48,852 bases of DNA from Candidatus Poribacteria bacterium (lineage in GTDB: Bacteria > Poribacteria > WGA-4E > GCA-2687025), in NCBI GenBank assembly GCA_027625215.1, contig JAQBWJ010000001.1, forward strand, positions 1 to 48,852, read 5' to 3'. The notes beneath the pieces were generated by a model, which saw only the letters and a program-made list of their open reading frames with translations, made no database searches and was not told the DNA's origin. Positions 1 to 8,720 of the stretch are shown piece after piece (positions within the stretch are counted from its first letter, which is position 1; each line of letters opens with the position of its first letter). The position numbers and the translations under genes were made by a program.

Positions 1-85
1 ATCTTCTTCTGTTAATCTCTACATTCCATCGTCGGACTGGCTGCGCCATCCGACTTGGTCGACGGGTGCGACCGCCGAGCCTCGC
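1..85. repeat. Direct repeat copy A of an 85-nt non-coding block (partner 44085-44169)
   Basis: Read directly. 1-78 is identical to 44085-44162, there is one mismatch at 79/44163, the match continues to 85/44169, then the copies diverge. Contains two adjacent hairpins (31-40 with 46-54, one bulge; 57-61 with 69-73). It starts at the window edge, so it may extend further 5'. Confidence 0.9.
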
Positions 86-135
86 GGTTGAAGTTGGCGC
101 TTTGAAGCGGTCGTGCTCGACGGATACAACATTTT

Positions 136-168
136 GATTGACGCAAAGTGTAAGAAATGTTAGAGGAG
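136..168 (+). promoter_or_regulatory. Conserved 33-nt promoter-like block upstream of TPR-like paralog A
   Basis: gattgacgcaaagtgtaagaaatgttagaggag is identical at 44221-44253, although the flanks differ. Reads as TTGACG-N17-TAGAGG, a good -35 and a weak -10. Confidence 0.35.
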
Positions 169-230
169 GGATCAACCGAAATGATTCATGATCGGACGGA
201 AAGACGTTGGTTCACGATAAGGAGGTTGTG

Positions 231-842
231 ATGGCTGGTTCCGAATTCAACCTGCGGGTCGCATGGGCGTTGACCGAAGAGGTCAGAAACTCATACGACA
301 CCGTGTTCGCCGAAGCGCGTCAAAAAGTCCGGGAGGGTAACTCGGAGGGGTTCCTTCAAGGGATCAAGGGAGCGTTTGAGGGTCGCGGGATGATCAACGC
401 CCTGAACGCCGATCTCGGCCGCGCCATCGCGCTCTGCGACGCGATGGGCGCCGGCATGACGATTCCGCACCCGGAGAACCCGGACGTGAAGGTAAGCGCG
501 GCGTCGGTGAAGTCGACGGCGTTGTTCTACAAGGGGATGATCCGTCTGAGTCAGGGCGCGACGCCGGACGCGCTCGAACTGATGAACCAGTCGCTCGCCG
601 TCGAACCGGATCAGTCGACGCTCTACAACATCGGTCTCTGCTTCCTGCAACTGAAAGAGGAGAGGGGCGACCGCGGGCTGGGCGCGAAAGTGCTGGGCAG
701 GACGCTCGCTAAGATGGTGATCTCCGGCTCGGAACAGGTCGATCAGGCGATCGACGCCTTCCGCCAGTGCGTCGAGATGAACTCTGAGAGCGAGATCGGC
801 GTCCGCGCGGGGATGGAACTGGCGCGGCTGGAACAGTTGTAG
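231..842 (+). CDS. Hypothetical helical (TPR-like) protein, paralog A
   Basis: Track ORF 207..842. The ATG at 231 follows AAGGAGG, as in paralog 44316..44951 (both begin MAGSEFNLRVA and end ELARLEQL). Roughly 55-60% identical by eye. No family recognised. Confidence 0.8.
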   Translation: MAGSEFNLRVAWALTEEVRNSYDTVFAEARQKVREGNSEGFLQGIKGAFEGRGMINALNADLGRAIALCDAMGAGMTIPHPENPDVKVSAASVKSTALFYKGMIRLSQGATPDALELMNQSLAVEPDQSTLYNIGLCFLQLKEERGDRGLGAKVLGRTLAKMVISGSEQVDQAIDAFRQCVEMNSESEIGVRAGMELARLEQL

Positions 843-985
843 CCGGCACTGAAACGGTTGTTTCGCAGGGCGGGATTGTGTCCTGTAACGCACACCGAAT
901 CGCGCAGAACCGACATCGGGTTGCCCTGTGTCGCGGTTTGATCGGATCATACCGGTAAGCCGCAGGATTTCCTGAAAGGGGCGAC

Positions 986-1255
986 ATGAACGTTCTGATT
1001 CCCGATGAGGTCGTCCGGTCGATTCATATGACCGAGGAGGAGTTGACGCTCGAACTCGCGCTGCTGCTCTTCGAAAAGGAGAAGCTGACTCTGGCGCAGG
1101 CGGCGCGCATGGTCGGGGTGGATCGCATGGCGTTCCAGCGGGAACTCGCCGAGCGGAAGATCTCCGTGCATTACGATGTCGAGGACTTTGAAGAGGATAT
1201 CGAAACGCTCGAGAGGTTCGGTCAGTGGAGAAGAGTTCCGGCTGTGTGCCGGTAA
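986..1255 (+). CDS. UPF0175-family antitoxin-like protein
   Basis: IPDEVV...TEEELTLELALLLFEKEKLTLAQAARMVGVDRMAFQRELAERKISVHYDVEDFEEDIE matches the UPF0175 pattern. No DUF3368/PIN partner is visible downstream. Confidence 0.7.
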   Translation: MNVLIPDEVVRSIHMTEEELTLELALLLFEKEKLTLAQAARMVGVDRMAFQRELAERKISVHYDVEDFEEDIETLERFGQWRRVPAVCR

Positions 1256-1363
1256 GGTGCTGCACGATAACCTTCTTTCACAGCGGTACCGCTTCGTCCA
1301 ACATCCCCTCACGGATGCTCTCGTTGAATCCGTTTTCGGTCACGCTAGATAGGGTGAACACCA

Positions 1364-1693
1364 ATGACAACGATGGAGACGATAAAGCCGATCACGGAAC
1401 ATCCGTACATCACTCGAAGGGAGGACACCTGCGCGGGCAAACCGATCATCGCCGGAACCCGGATGCGGGTTTCGCAGATCGCGATCGAGTACGAGCGCAT
1501 GGGAAAGACACCGGACGAGATCGTTGAATCCCATCCTCATCTCACGCTTGCACAGGTGCACGACGCGCTGTCCTATTATTACGACCACCTCGATGAAATC
1601 AATGCGGACATCCGCTCCGGCGAGGCGTTTATCGAGGAACTGAAGAAACAGTACGCCGATTCTCCCGCTGAGAGGGAACGGCGTGGCGCTTAG
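1364..1693 (+). CDS. DUF433-family antitoxin-like protein
   Basis: CAGKPIIAGTRMRVSQIAIEYERMGKTPDEIVESHPHLTLAQVHDALSYY is the DUF433 signature. Overlaps the next gene by 11 nt. Confidence 0.8.
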   Translation: MTTMETIKPITEHPYITRREDTCAGKPIIAGTRMRVSQIAIEYERMGKTPDEIVESHPHLTLAQVHDALSYYYDHLDEINADIRSGEAFIEELKKQYADSPAERERRGA

Positions 1694-2024
1694 GGTTTAC
1701 CTGAACGAAAGCGCGGACGTTGCCGTCGCGTCGGGATTGCGGCGTCGGAATATTGACGCATGGTCGGCGCGGGATGTCGGCAATCGCGGACTGAACGACG
1801 AGCAGCAACTTGAGTACGCGATCAAAGAACGCGCCGTGATCTTCACGCATGACGACGACTTTCTTCGGATCGCGCATCAATGGCGACAGCAGAACAAAAC
1901 GCACGCGGGCATCTTCTTTCTTCACGCGGAGCGTCTGTCGATCGGGGAGTCTATACGCCGGATCGTGGAACACGCCGAGCACCGGGATCCCGAAGAGATG
2001 GAAAATCGGATCGCCTTCCTGTGA
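1683..2024 (+). CDS. DUF5615 (PIN/Mut7-C-like) toxin-like protein
   Basis: GTG start. The length and the ...AVIFTHDDDFLRIA... pattern are typical of DUF5615 partners of DUF433. Confidence 0.7.
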   Translation: MALRVYLNESADVAVASGLRRRNIDAWSARDVGNRGLNDEQQLEYAIKERAVIFTHDDDFLRIAHQWRQQNKTHAGIFFLHAERLSIGESIRRIVEHAEHRDPEEMENRIAFL

Positions 2025-2093
2025 CCCCCTTTGCAACGCCTTCATCACCCCGCGCATCACAACGGGTTTCTGATTTCCCTGTGGATATAAAAA

Positions 2094-2119
2094 GCCCTGC
2101 GAGGAACGACCTGCAGGGC
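2094..2119. terminator. Hairpin between convergent genes (bidirectional terminator candidate)
   Basis: gccctgc (2094-2100) pairs with gcagggc (2113-2119). Preceded by an A-run and followed by a T-rich stretch. Lies between 1683..2024(+) and 2145..2915(-). Confidence 0.5.
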
Positions 2120-2144
2120 ATGGTTTGAGGTGGAACGGCTGCGT

Positions 2145-2915
2145 TCAGAACTGCGCTCCGAGACATCGCTTGAAGTGTTCGCAGTTCCGACAGCCGTATT
2201 GATATTCCAGGTTTCGGGGAAACGCCTCACGTTCGATCGCGTCGGCGACTTCGCACGCCATCAGACAGAACCGTCGGAAGTCTTCCGGATCGCGGCGGGT
2301 GCGCTTGACGTCGATCTTTGGCGTCTTCGTCTTGGTGAGCGTCACGAGGGCGATCTCGTCGGGCATCGTCCCGTAGAGGTAGGCGAAGCCGAGGGCGTAG
2401 GCGGTCAGCTGGATGTCGTTGTCCACATCCGACTGCGACGCGGCTCTCGACGAGACCTTGAACTCCCACAGCGTGTTGTCCGACACGAGGTCGATCCGAC
2501 CGTCCAGCGTGTGTTTCGACGAACCTTCTCCGCTGACCGGATCGAGCACGGGAATCTCGAAGAGCAGTTCCACGTCGGTCGGTTTGACCTCGGCGAACTG
2601 CGCGACGTAGAGCTCCGCAAAGGCGGTCGCCATCGAGGAGTACACCTCCATGTCCGACTGCTTGAACCGCACCTCCCTGCCGAAGCGCATCGCGTCTTCG
2701 AGTTCCGCGTCCCAGTAGAGACGATAGAACTCGAAGACCTGCTCCGGCGTCAGGGCGTTCTTCGCCTGATGGAACTCCGAGATCGCGTAGTGCATCGCGG
2801 AACCGTAGACCATCTCGGCGGAGAGGAACTCGGGTTCGGCGCGCTCGACATACCGGAAGCGGTACTGTCGCCCGCACGCGAGATAGGTTCGGAGTCGCGT
2901 CACGGAAAGAATCAT
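2145..2915 (-). CDS. PD-(D/E)XK exonuclease, Cas4/RecB-like, with 4-Cys cluster
   Basis: N-terminal Cys (YLACGRQY) plus C-terminal CRNCEHFKRC (C-x2-C-x5-C). Also has GRIDLV...WEFK (D...ExK) and a QLTAY motif. Confidence 0.8.
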   Translation of the reverse strand: MILSVTRLRTYLACGRQYRFRYVERAEPEFLSAEMVYGSAMHYAISEFHQAKNALTPEQVFEFYRLYWDAELEDAMRFGREVRFKQSDMEVYSSMATAFAELYVAQFAEVKPTDVELLFEIPVLDPVSGEGSSKHTLDGRIDLVSDNTLWEFKVSSRAASQSDVDNDIQLTAYALGFAYLYGTMPDEIALVTLTKTKTPKIDVKRTRRDPEDFRRFCLMACEVADAIEREAFPRNLEYQYGCRNCEHFKRCLGAQF

Positions 2916-2933
2916 CTGTATCCGTCCTTTCCG

Positions 2934-3587
2934 TCAGAACGAGGCGGCGTCATCAGCGTCCGGTTCGCCCGCATCGAGGTGTTTCTTCAGTTCGTTGATG
3001 AGGGTGGACGCCTGCGTCTGGTTCAGGGAGGCGACGTCGGTCGTGCGGAACAGCTGATCCGACATCCCGCGCACGTCGTCCTGCGACCAGCCGAGATCGG
3101 TGCGCAGCCGCTTGATGTAGGCGATCTGCTTCTCGGTGATCCCGCCGACGGTGCGCGAGGTCGTTCGCGGTTGAGATTGCCGCGAGCCGTTTCGCGCTCC
3201 GCGACTTTCGGGCACGGTATCCTCCTCATCCGAGAGGAGATGCAGCCCGATCCCGAACAGCTGACAGCATTTCTTGAAGCCGTCCGAGATCGCCGCTTTC
3301 GTGTCGTCGCCGAGGCAGAAGGCGTTGCCTTCCTTGTCGCGCGTGACGTGTTTGCTTCCGGCTTGGGTTTTCGCGACGCCGGAGGCGGTCACTTTGACGA
3401 TCGCGACGATTTCATCCTCGCCGCGTTCCACCTTGATGACGTCGTTGGACCAGTCGTAGCCGAACGCCTCGTTCATCCGTTCGATGTAGGACTTGAGCGG
3501 GGCGTAGGTGATCGGTTTGCCGTACGAGCCGGGACGGGATTTCAGTTCCGATGGTTCGAAGGGTTGTTCGATGATTTCGATGTTCAC
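2934..3587 (-). CDS. Rad52/Sak-like single-strand annealing protein
   Basis: N-terminal half (KSRPGSYGKPITYAPLKSYIERMNEAFGYDWS...DDTKAAISDGFKKCCQLFGIGLHL) fits the Rad52/22 pattern. The C-terminal tail is unassigned. Confidence 0.65.
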   Translation of the reverse strand: MNIEIIEQPFEPSELKSRPGSYGKPITYAPLKSYIERMNEAFGYDWSNDVIKVERGEDEIVAIVKVTASGVAKTQAGSKHVTRDKEGNAFCLGDDTKAAISDGFKKCCQLFGIGLHLLSDEEDTVPESRGARNGSRQSQPRTTSRTVGGITEKQIAYIKRLRTDLGWSQDDVRGMSDQLFRTTDVASLNQTQASTLINELKKHLDAGEPDADDAASF

Positions 3588-3669
3588 CGTGACGTTCCTT
3601 TCATGCGTTGACGTTCAGGGGGCGTTCGATGCCGAGACGTTGCGCCGTGGCGGGCGTCTCCTTTCCTGG

Positions 3670-4116
3670 TCAGCGAAACAGTTCGGGATGAGATTCGGCG
3701 AGTGACGTGTAGGAGTCGCGCCCGACGATCAGGTGATCGACGAGCGGAATGTCGAGAAGCCGTCCCGCTTGGGCGACTCTCTGCGTTCCCGCAAGGTCTT
3801 CTCGCGACGGTTCCGGGTCGCCGGAGGGGTGGTTGTGCGCCAACGTGATCGCGGAGGCGTTCTCCCGAATCGCCGTGCGGAACACGTCGCGCGGGTGCAT
3901 CATCGTGCAGTTGAGCGTGCCTTTGCTGACGCACTCGACCGTCACGAGCGAGGACTTCGCGGTCAGGCAGACGACGAGAAGGTGTTCCTGCTCTTCGCCT
4001 TCGAGCGTCTCGCGGACGAGATCGTAGAGTTGTTTCGGCGTGGAGAGCGATTCCGGTCGGTAGAGTCTTTGCGCCTCGAACAGGCGGGGCTGGACGTGGT
4101 ACGGGTACGCGTTCAC
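3670..4116 (-). CDS. radC: RadC-like JAB-domain protein
   Basis: The HNHPSGDPEPSREDL JAMM motif and the length are typical of RadC. Confidence 0.85.
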   Translation of the reverse strand: MNAYPYHVQPRLFEAQRLYRPESLSTPKQLYDLVRETLEGEEQEHLLVVCLTAKSSLVTVECVSKGTLNCTMMHPRDVFRTAIRENASAITLAHNHPSGDPEPSREDLAGTQRVAQAGRLLDIPLVDHLIVGRDSYTSLAESHPELFR

Positions 4117-4295
4117 ATCGAGTGGTCTCCATTGGCTGCGTGGTCGGGGTAATCGGTAGCGTGAGGTTGTTCTGCGGCTTCCCGGAGCAGTCGGATCGCT
4201 TCGGTGAGAAACGATGACGCCTGCTCGTAGTCCTCGAACTCCTCAACAGCGTCGTACTCGTCGAGGAAGTCGCGGATGCGATTGGTGAGGGACAT
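4113..4295 (-). CDS. Small acidic hypothetical protein
   Basis: 60 aa and D/E-rich. Its stop overlaps the radC start by 4 nt. Same strand as its neighbours. Confidence 0.45.
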   Translation of the reverse strand: MSLTNRIRDFLDEYDAVEEFEDYEQASSFLTEAIRLLREAAEQPHATDYPDHAANGDHSM

Positions 4296-4314
4296 GAGTC
4301 GTGCCTCCCTCCCG

Positions 4315-4659
4315 TCAGTAATCGGACGGATAGAGGAACGTCAGCCCGTCGCCGTCCAAGATGACCCAGTACTGCTCGCGCAGAACGCGCAGCTTCATCG
4401 CGTCGGTGTCCTCCGGGTCGGGCTGGGCGAGTGCATGGACACCTTCGCGGATGAGGGCGTCGCGCTCCGTCTCGTCTTGGAAGTCGGCGAACAGCGCGGC
4501 GGTGAAGCAGATCGTGACGGATGTGCCGGGTCGTTCGGGCGTTTGTGGTCGGACGAGCGCGCCGACCTGGACGAGCGTCCCATCGGCAATCGCTTCCTCG
4601 CGGGTGTAGGTATGGACCGATTCGCCCCAGAAATCATCGGAGGCTGGTTCCGTCGCCAT
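4315..4659 (-). CDS. Hypothetical protein (conjugative-element-associated type)
   Basis: 114 aa with good GC3 bias. The pattern YTREEAIADGTLVQV is common next to radC in mobile elements. Family not named with certainty. Confidence 0.6.
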   Translation of the reverse strand: MATEPASDDFWGESVHTYTREEAIADGTLVQVGALVRPQTPERPGTSVTICFTAALFADFQDETERDALIREGVHALAQPDPEDTDAMKLRVLREQYWVILDGDGLTFLYPSDY

Positions 4660-4816
4660 CGGTTTGTCCTTTCGGTTGAAACCTGGAATCGAGTTGTCAA
4701 AGATCGGGTAGGTTCATCATGGGCGAGGGAAGGCAGGCGTACCAGAAGGGAGAAAATAACGGAAACGGGAACCTTTCCTCCCTTTATGCGGTGGGAAACG
4801 TCCGTATGATGAAGAC

Positions 4817-5983
4817 GTGAACGACCTGTGCATCTTCGGGCAAACGAATTGGCGGGATCAGCGGAAGAAGTTCGGGATAAGGCGGGCGGATCGCCGCTAT
4901 CACCTCCACCTGATCGGCAAGACCGGCGTTGGGAAGTCGACGCTCCTGGAGCACCTGATCGCGTCCGACCTGCGCGACGGTCACGGACTCGCTGTCCTCG
5001 ATCCGCACGGCGACCTCGTGAAAAGCGTCCTGCGCCATGTCCCGAAGGAGCGTGCGGACGACCTCCTCTACTTCGATCCGACCAACGTCCGCAGCGCGAT
5101 CCCCTTCAACATCCTGAAAGACCACTACGCGCACCGCTACCTGATCGCCTCCGGCATCCTGTCGGCGATGAAGAAGGTCTGGGGCGACTCCTGGGGTCCG
5201 CGCATGGAACACATCCTCCGGTACACACTGTTGGCGTTGCTGGCATATCCCGACGCGACGCTGATCGACGTGCCGCGCATCCTGCTGGAAAAGGCGTTCC
5301 GGCAACGGGTGCTGTGCTACGTCGAGGACACGCAGGTGAGGGCGTTCTTTGAGGATGAGTTCGCCAAGTACGCGAGCCGCTTTCAGAACGAAGCGGTCTC
5401 GCCGATCCTCAACAAGGTCGGCGGCTTCCTCGCGAACCCGTCACTGCGACATCTGTTTCAGCAGAAGGAGAACCGCTTGCAGTTCCGTCCGATCATGGAC
5501 GGCAGGAAGGTGTTCCTGGCGAATCTGGCGAAAGGTTCGTTGGGCGAGGATTCAAGTTCGTTGCTGGGCGCATTGATCCTGTCGCAGATCGAGCTCGCGA
5601 CGCTGAGCCGCGCGGACGTACGGGAAGAGCAGCGGCGACCGTTCTATCTCTATGTGGACGAGTTCCAGAACTTCGCGACGACCAGTTTCGCGGGGATGCT
5701 CTCGGAGGCGCGGAAGTACGGACTGTCGATCACGCTCAGCCATCAGACGCTCGGACAGCTGGACGACGACGTGCGACACGCCGTCTTCGGGAACGTCGGG
5801 ACGCTCATCTGCTTTCAGGTGGGCGCGGAGGACGCGGAATACCTCGAGAAGGAGTTTCAGCCGACGTTCCGGCGGGAGGACCTGACGAACCTGTCGCGTC
5901 ATCAGTTCTACGTCAAGATGATGGTGAACGGCGTCGTCAGCGAGCCGTTTTCAGCGACGACGTTGACACCGCAACCCGGATGA
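4817..5983 (+). CDS. TraD/VirD4-like (T4SS coupling-protein type) P-loop ATPase, soluble
   Basis: Walker A GKTGVGKS, Walker B FYLYVDEFQNF, and SITLSHQTLGQL. Paralog of 42255..43945. Confidence 0.8.
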   Translation: MNDLCIFGQTNWRDQRKKFGIRRADRRYHLHLIGKTGVGKSTLLEHLIASDLRDGHGLAVLDPHGDLVKSVLRHVPKERADDLLYFDPTNVRSAIPFNILKDHYAHRYLIASGILSAMKKVWGDSWGPRMEHILRYTLLALLAYPDATLIDVPRILLEKAFRQRVLCYVEDTQVRAFFEDEFAKYASRFQNEAVSPILNKVGGFLANPSLRHLFQQKENRLQFRPIMDGRKVFLANLAKGSLGEDSSSLLGALILSQIELATLSRADVREEQRRPFYLYVDEFQNFATTSFAGMLSEARKYGLSITLSHQTLGQLDDDVRHAVFGNVGTLICFQVGAEDAEYLEKEFQPTFRREDLTNLSRHQFYVKMMVNGVVSEPFSATTLTPQPG

Positions 5984-5993
5984 GACGTCAAAA

Positions 5994-6011
5994 GCCCTCC
6001 TCGAGGAGGGC
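5994..6011. terminator. Perfect palindrome after the ATPase gene (bidirectional terminator candidate)
   Basis: gccctcctcgaggagggc starts 11 nt after the stop at 5983, flanked by aaaa and gttt. Lies between convergent genes. Confidence 0.6.
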
Positions 6012-6086
6012 GTTTGGTACGTCGGGTTCAGCAATGGAGATCAGATCGACGCAGACAGGTCGACGACAAATCGGTTCTTCCGCGCC

Positions 6087-7145
6087 TCATCGAATAGCGC
6101 GCGGAGTGTTTCCGTCTGCCGTTTTCCAAAGTCGGTTCGTCCGAAGAAACGCCGCGACCTCTTCCTCATCGGAGGCGCTCGATACGGCACCGCGAATCGC
6201 CGACGACGTGAGTCCTAACACCGCGTGCGGACGACACGGCTTCCCGTCCGCCGTCACATCCACCAGGTTCGTGAACAGGATCATCTTGACCAGTCCGTCC
6301 TTGATGTCGCCGAGACTCGGCAGAGGTTCCCGCGACGAATGCTTCTTCTCGATCAGATAGAGGTCGTCGCCCTCCAAATGGAACTCGTCCGCCGTGAAGT
6401 AGTACTCCCCGCCGAGGTAGTTCTCGATCGTGATCGTCGCCTTGTCGCCGGAGACGGACTCCTTCGGTTGGGTGGTAACCGACTCTCGCTGCTGAGCGCT
6501 CTCCGCGCCGATACGCGACCGGTCCTTGAACGCCTCCGCGCTCCGGCGGATCAGCTCGATGCGACGGTGCGCGCCTTTCGGATTGTGCGTCTGGACGCCC
6601 GTCTGCTTCGAGATGCGTTCGTAGGCGGTCACCGCCTTCTCCCACACCTCTGGTAGGTGGACTTCCAACTCGTGCAGGTTCCAGTGCAGCGCGCTCGACT
6701 TATAGGCGAGCAGTTCATCGAGTCGTCCTCTGAGATGCGCCGTGTCGAAACGGAACGAGGTGATCTTGTCCTCGTAACGGGGGTTCCTCTCGGCGTCCGC
6801 GTAGTAGCCGAGCACAACGTAGACGTTGAGCAGACTCATCAGCGAGACGGTGTCCCACTGGAGGAAATCGCTGTCGCCGTCCTGCCCCTCGTCCTTCCAG
6901 ACGGGGATGATCGTCACGGGGAACAGGGAGTCCATCGAATCGTAGACGCGGGCGTACGGGTAGCTCCGTGTCCGCTTGGGCGAGACCCAATGGCTGACCG
7001 TCAGCTTCCGTCCCCGGTAGTTCAGGTGAAACGTCCCTCGACGGAACGCCTCACCGGACAGGAAGGCGTCGATCCCGTGCGTCGGCAGTTGGGCGCACAT
7101 CGTCGGCGCATAACGGACGTTCTCGATGCGGGCGCGGATGGTCAT
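6087..7145 (-). CDS. Putative type II restriction endonuclease
   Basis: Start overlaps the methyltransferase stop by 4 nt. ADEF...LIEKK gives a D-x13-ExK arrangement. No named family recognised. Confidence 0.55.
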   Translation of the reverse strand: MTIRARIENVRYAPTMCAQLPTHGIDAFLSGEAFRRGTFHLNYRGRKLTVSHWVSPKRTRSYPYARVYDSMDSLFPVTIIPVWKDEGQDGDSDFLQWDTVSLMSLLNVYVVLGYYADAERNPRYEDKITSFRFDTAHLRGRLDELLAYKSSALHWNLHELEVHLPEVWEKAVTAYERISKQTGVQTHNPKGAHRRIELIRRSAEAFKDRSRIGAESAQQRESVTTQPKESVSGDKATITIENYLGGEYYFTADEFHLEGDDLYLIEKKHSSREPLPSLGDIKDGLVKMILFTNLVDVTADGKPCRPHAVLGLTSSAIRGAVSSASDEEEVAAFLRTNRLWKTADGNTPRAIR

Positions 7146-8167
7146 GCCGCGCGAGGTAGGCCCTCCTTGTCGGAGTCACCGCTGTTGAAAAGTCGCCCTT
7201 GATGGAGTTGCGCGTTCAGTCGTTCCCGCGCGTAGTCGAGGTATTCCTTCGCCGTGTCGATGCCGATGTGCCGCCGCCCGAGCTTCTCCGCGGCGAGGTT
7301 CGTCTGTCCGCTGCCCGTGAAGATATCCAGCACGAGGTCGTCCTTGTATGCGTAGAACTCGACGACCCGCTCGACGAGTTCCAGCGGGTACGGGCAGGGG
7401 TGAAGGTTCTCCTGCGGCGCCATCGGGCGGATCTTCCAGACGTTCTTGGACTTCTCGCCCTGATAGTCGGACAGGTCGATCCGGTTCGCCTCCTTTTCCT
7501 CCTTCGAGCGGCGGGCGTAGATGTTGTCGCGCTTCTTGGAGTCCGTCGTCTTCTGAAAGACAAAGATGTACTCCGCGACAAGGCTCGGATAGTAGTAGCC
7601 GGGATAGGGATGTTGGAGGAGCAGTCCGGAGCGGCGGTCTCTGGCGACCGGCTTCTCCCAGACGATGTCCTCCTTGAACGTCCAGCCGATCTCCTCCATC
7701 CAGCCGACGAAGTGGAACGGCAGCGCCGTCCGCTTTCCCTGCCAGAGGACGGGGGCGATGTTGACGACGTTGTGACCGCCGGGCTGGGTGATCCGCAGCA
7801 ATTCCTTGAAGCGGGCTTTCAGGAAGTCGCGGTACTCGTCGTAGGAGACCTCCGTCCGCTCCCAGTGATCTGTCTTGCCGTTGAGTTTGTCGCGGTGTCC
7901 GTCGTAGTTGATCGCGTTGAAGTAGGGCGGTGACGTGACCGCAAGGGTGATGAGGTTGTCCGGGAGGCTTTGCATCACGGCGAGGCAGTCGCCGAGGACG
8001 AGATGTCCTCGTCCGACTGGAGAGACCTCGAAATGACGGACGCAGGCGTCAAGGAGATCGGATGAGGTCTGTGGTTGGACCGCCGGTGAGCTTTGGAGTT
8101 GTGTGATCGGATCGGACATGAATGGGTGGGCGCGGATTCCGGAACCCGCGCGGTGATGTGCGTTCAC
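7142..8167 (-). CDS. DNA methyltransferase, beta-class N4/N6 (SPPY, likely m4C)
   Basis: Motif IV TSPPYFNAINY lies N-terminal to motif I DIFTGSGQT. The true start may be M17 at 8119. Confidence 0.85.
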   Translation of the reverse strand: MNAHHRAGSGIRAHPFMSDPITQLQSSPAVQPQTSSDLLDACVRHFEVSPVGRGHLVLGDCLAVMQSLPDNLITLAVTSPPYFNAINYDGHRDKLNGKTDHWERTEVSYDEYRDFLKARFKELLRITQPGGHNVVNIAPVLWQGKRTALPFHFVGWMEEIGWTFKEDIVWEKPVARDRRSGLLLQHPYPGYYYPSLVAEYIFVFQKTTDSKKRDNIYARRSKEEKEANRIDLSDYQGEKSKNVWKIRPMAPQENLHPCPYPLELVERVVEFYAYKDDLVLDIFTGSGQTNLAAEKLGRRHIGIDTAKEYLDYARERLNAQLHQGRLFNSGDSDKEGLPRAA

Positions 8168-8171
8168 CCTA

Positions 8172-8684
8172 TCACAGATCGTGCCGCTTGTGGAGGGCAG
8201 TCACGGCAAGCGCGACGGCGAACGCCGCCGTCCATCCCTCCGGCAAGCCGTTGAGAGGTGCGCGTCGCGTCGGTTGGCGGAGCAGGGGGAATCGCGTTTG
8301 GGTCGCTTCCAGCAGGTTGATGTGTGTCGCGTCCGAATCGCCGCACAGGACGCGCTTCGCTTCGGACAGGGAGACGCGCGTGATGCGGACGCCGGGCAGG
8401 AGTTCCGGTCGAATCGCCTCGTCGAGCGTCCGTCGGAGCACGCCTGAGGATGCCGGATCGTCATCGACCGCTTCGGCGGCGACCGTGACGTGACCAACGT
8501 CGGGGATCGACTCGCTCACGAGTCGAGGAACGATCCGCTGCAATAGGGGCGGCGTCTTGCGTCCGCGCACCGTCCTGACACCGAACCGAACAAGCCCATC
8601 CCGCTCGAAGACCGCGAAGCCGGTCTCCCTCCCACGGGCGAACAGTCCGACGATGATTTCCCTCCGGTCTGTCATAGTCTCCAT
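8172..8684 (-). CDS. RuvC/RNase-H-fold-like protein, probably catalytically inactive
   Basis: Colinear by eye with RuvC: IIVGLFARGRETGFAV against ILGIDPGS..GYGV, AAEAV against AIEQV, and C-terminal AVALAVTALH. The first and last acidic residues are replaced. Confidence 0.35.
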   Translation of the reverse strand: METMTDRREIIVGLFARGRETGFAVFERDGLVRFGVRTVRGRKTPPLLQRIVPRLVSESIPDVGHVTVAAEAVDDDPASSGVLRRTLDEAIRPELLPGVRITRVSLSEAKRVLCGDSDATHINLLEATQTRFPLLRQPTRRAPLNGLPEGWTAAFAVALAVTALHKRHDL

Positions 8685-8720
8685 GAACGTATGAACGTCA
8701 TGAACATGCGGGCGGTCGCG

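Noticed and set aside
1256-1363. Search for the DUF3368/PIN partner expected after the UPF0175 gene.
   Set aside because: No ORF of suitable length or pattern is present. The antitoxin-like gene appears to be an orphan.
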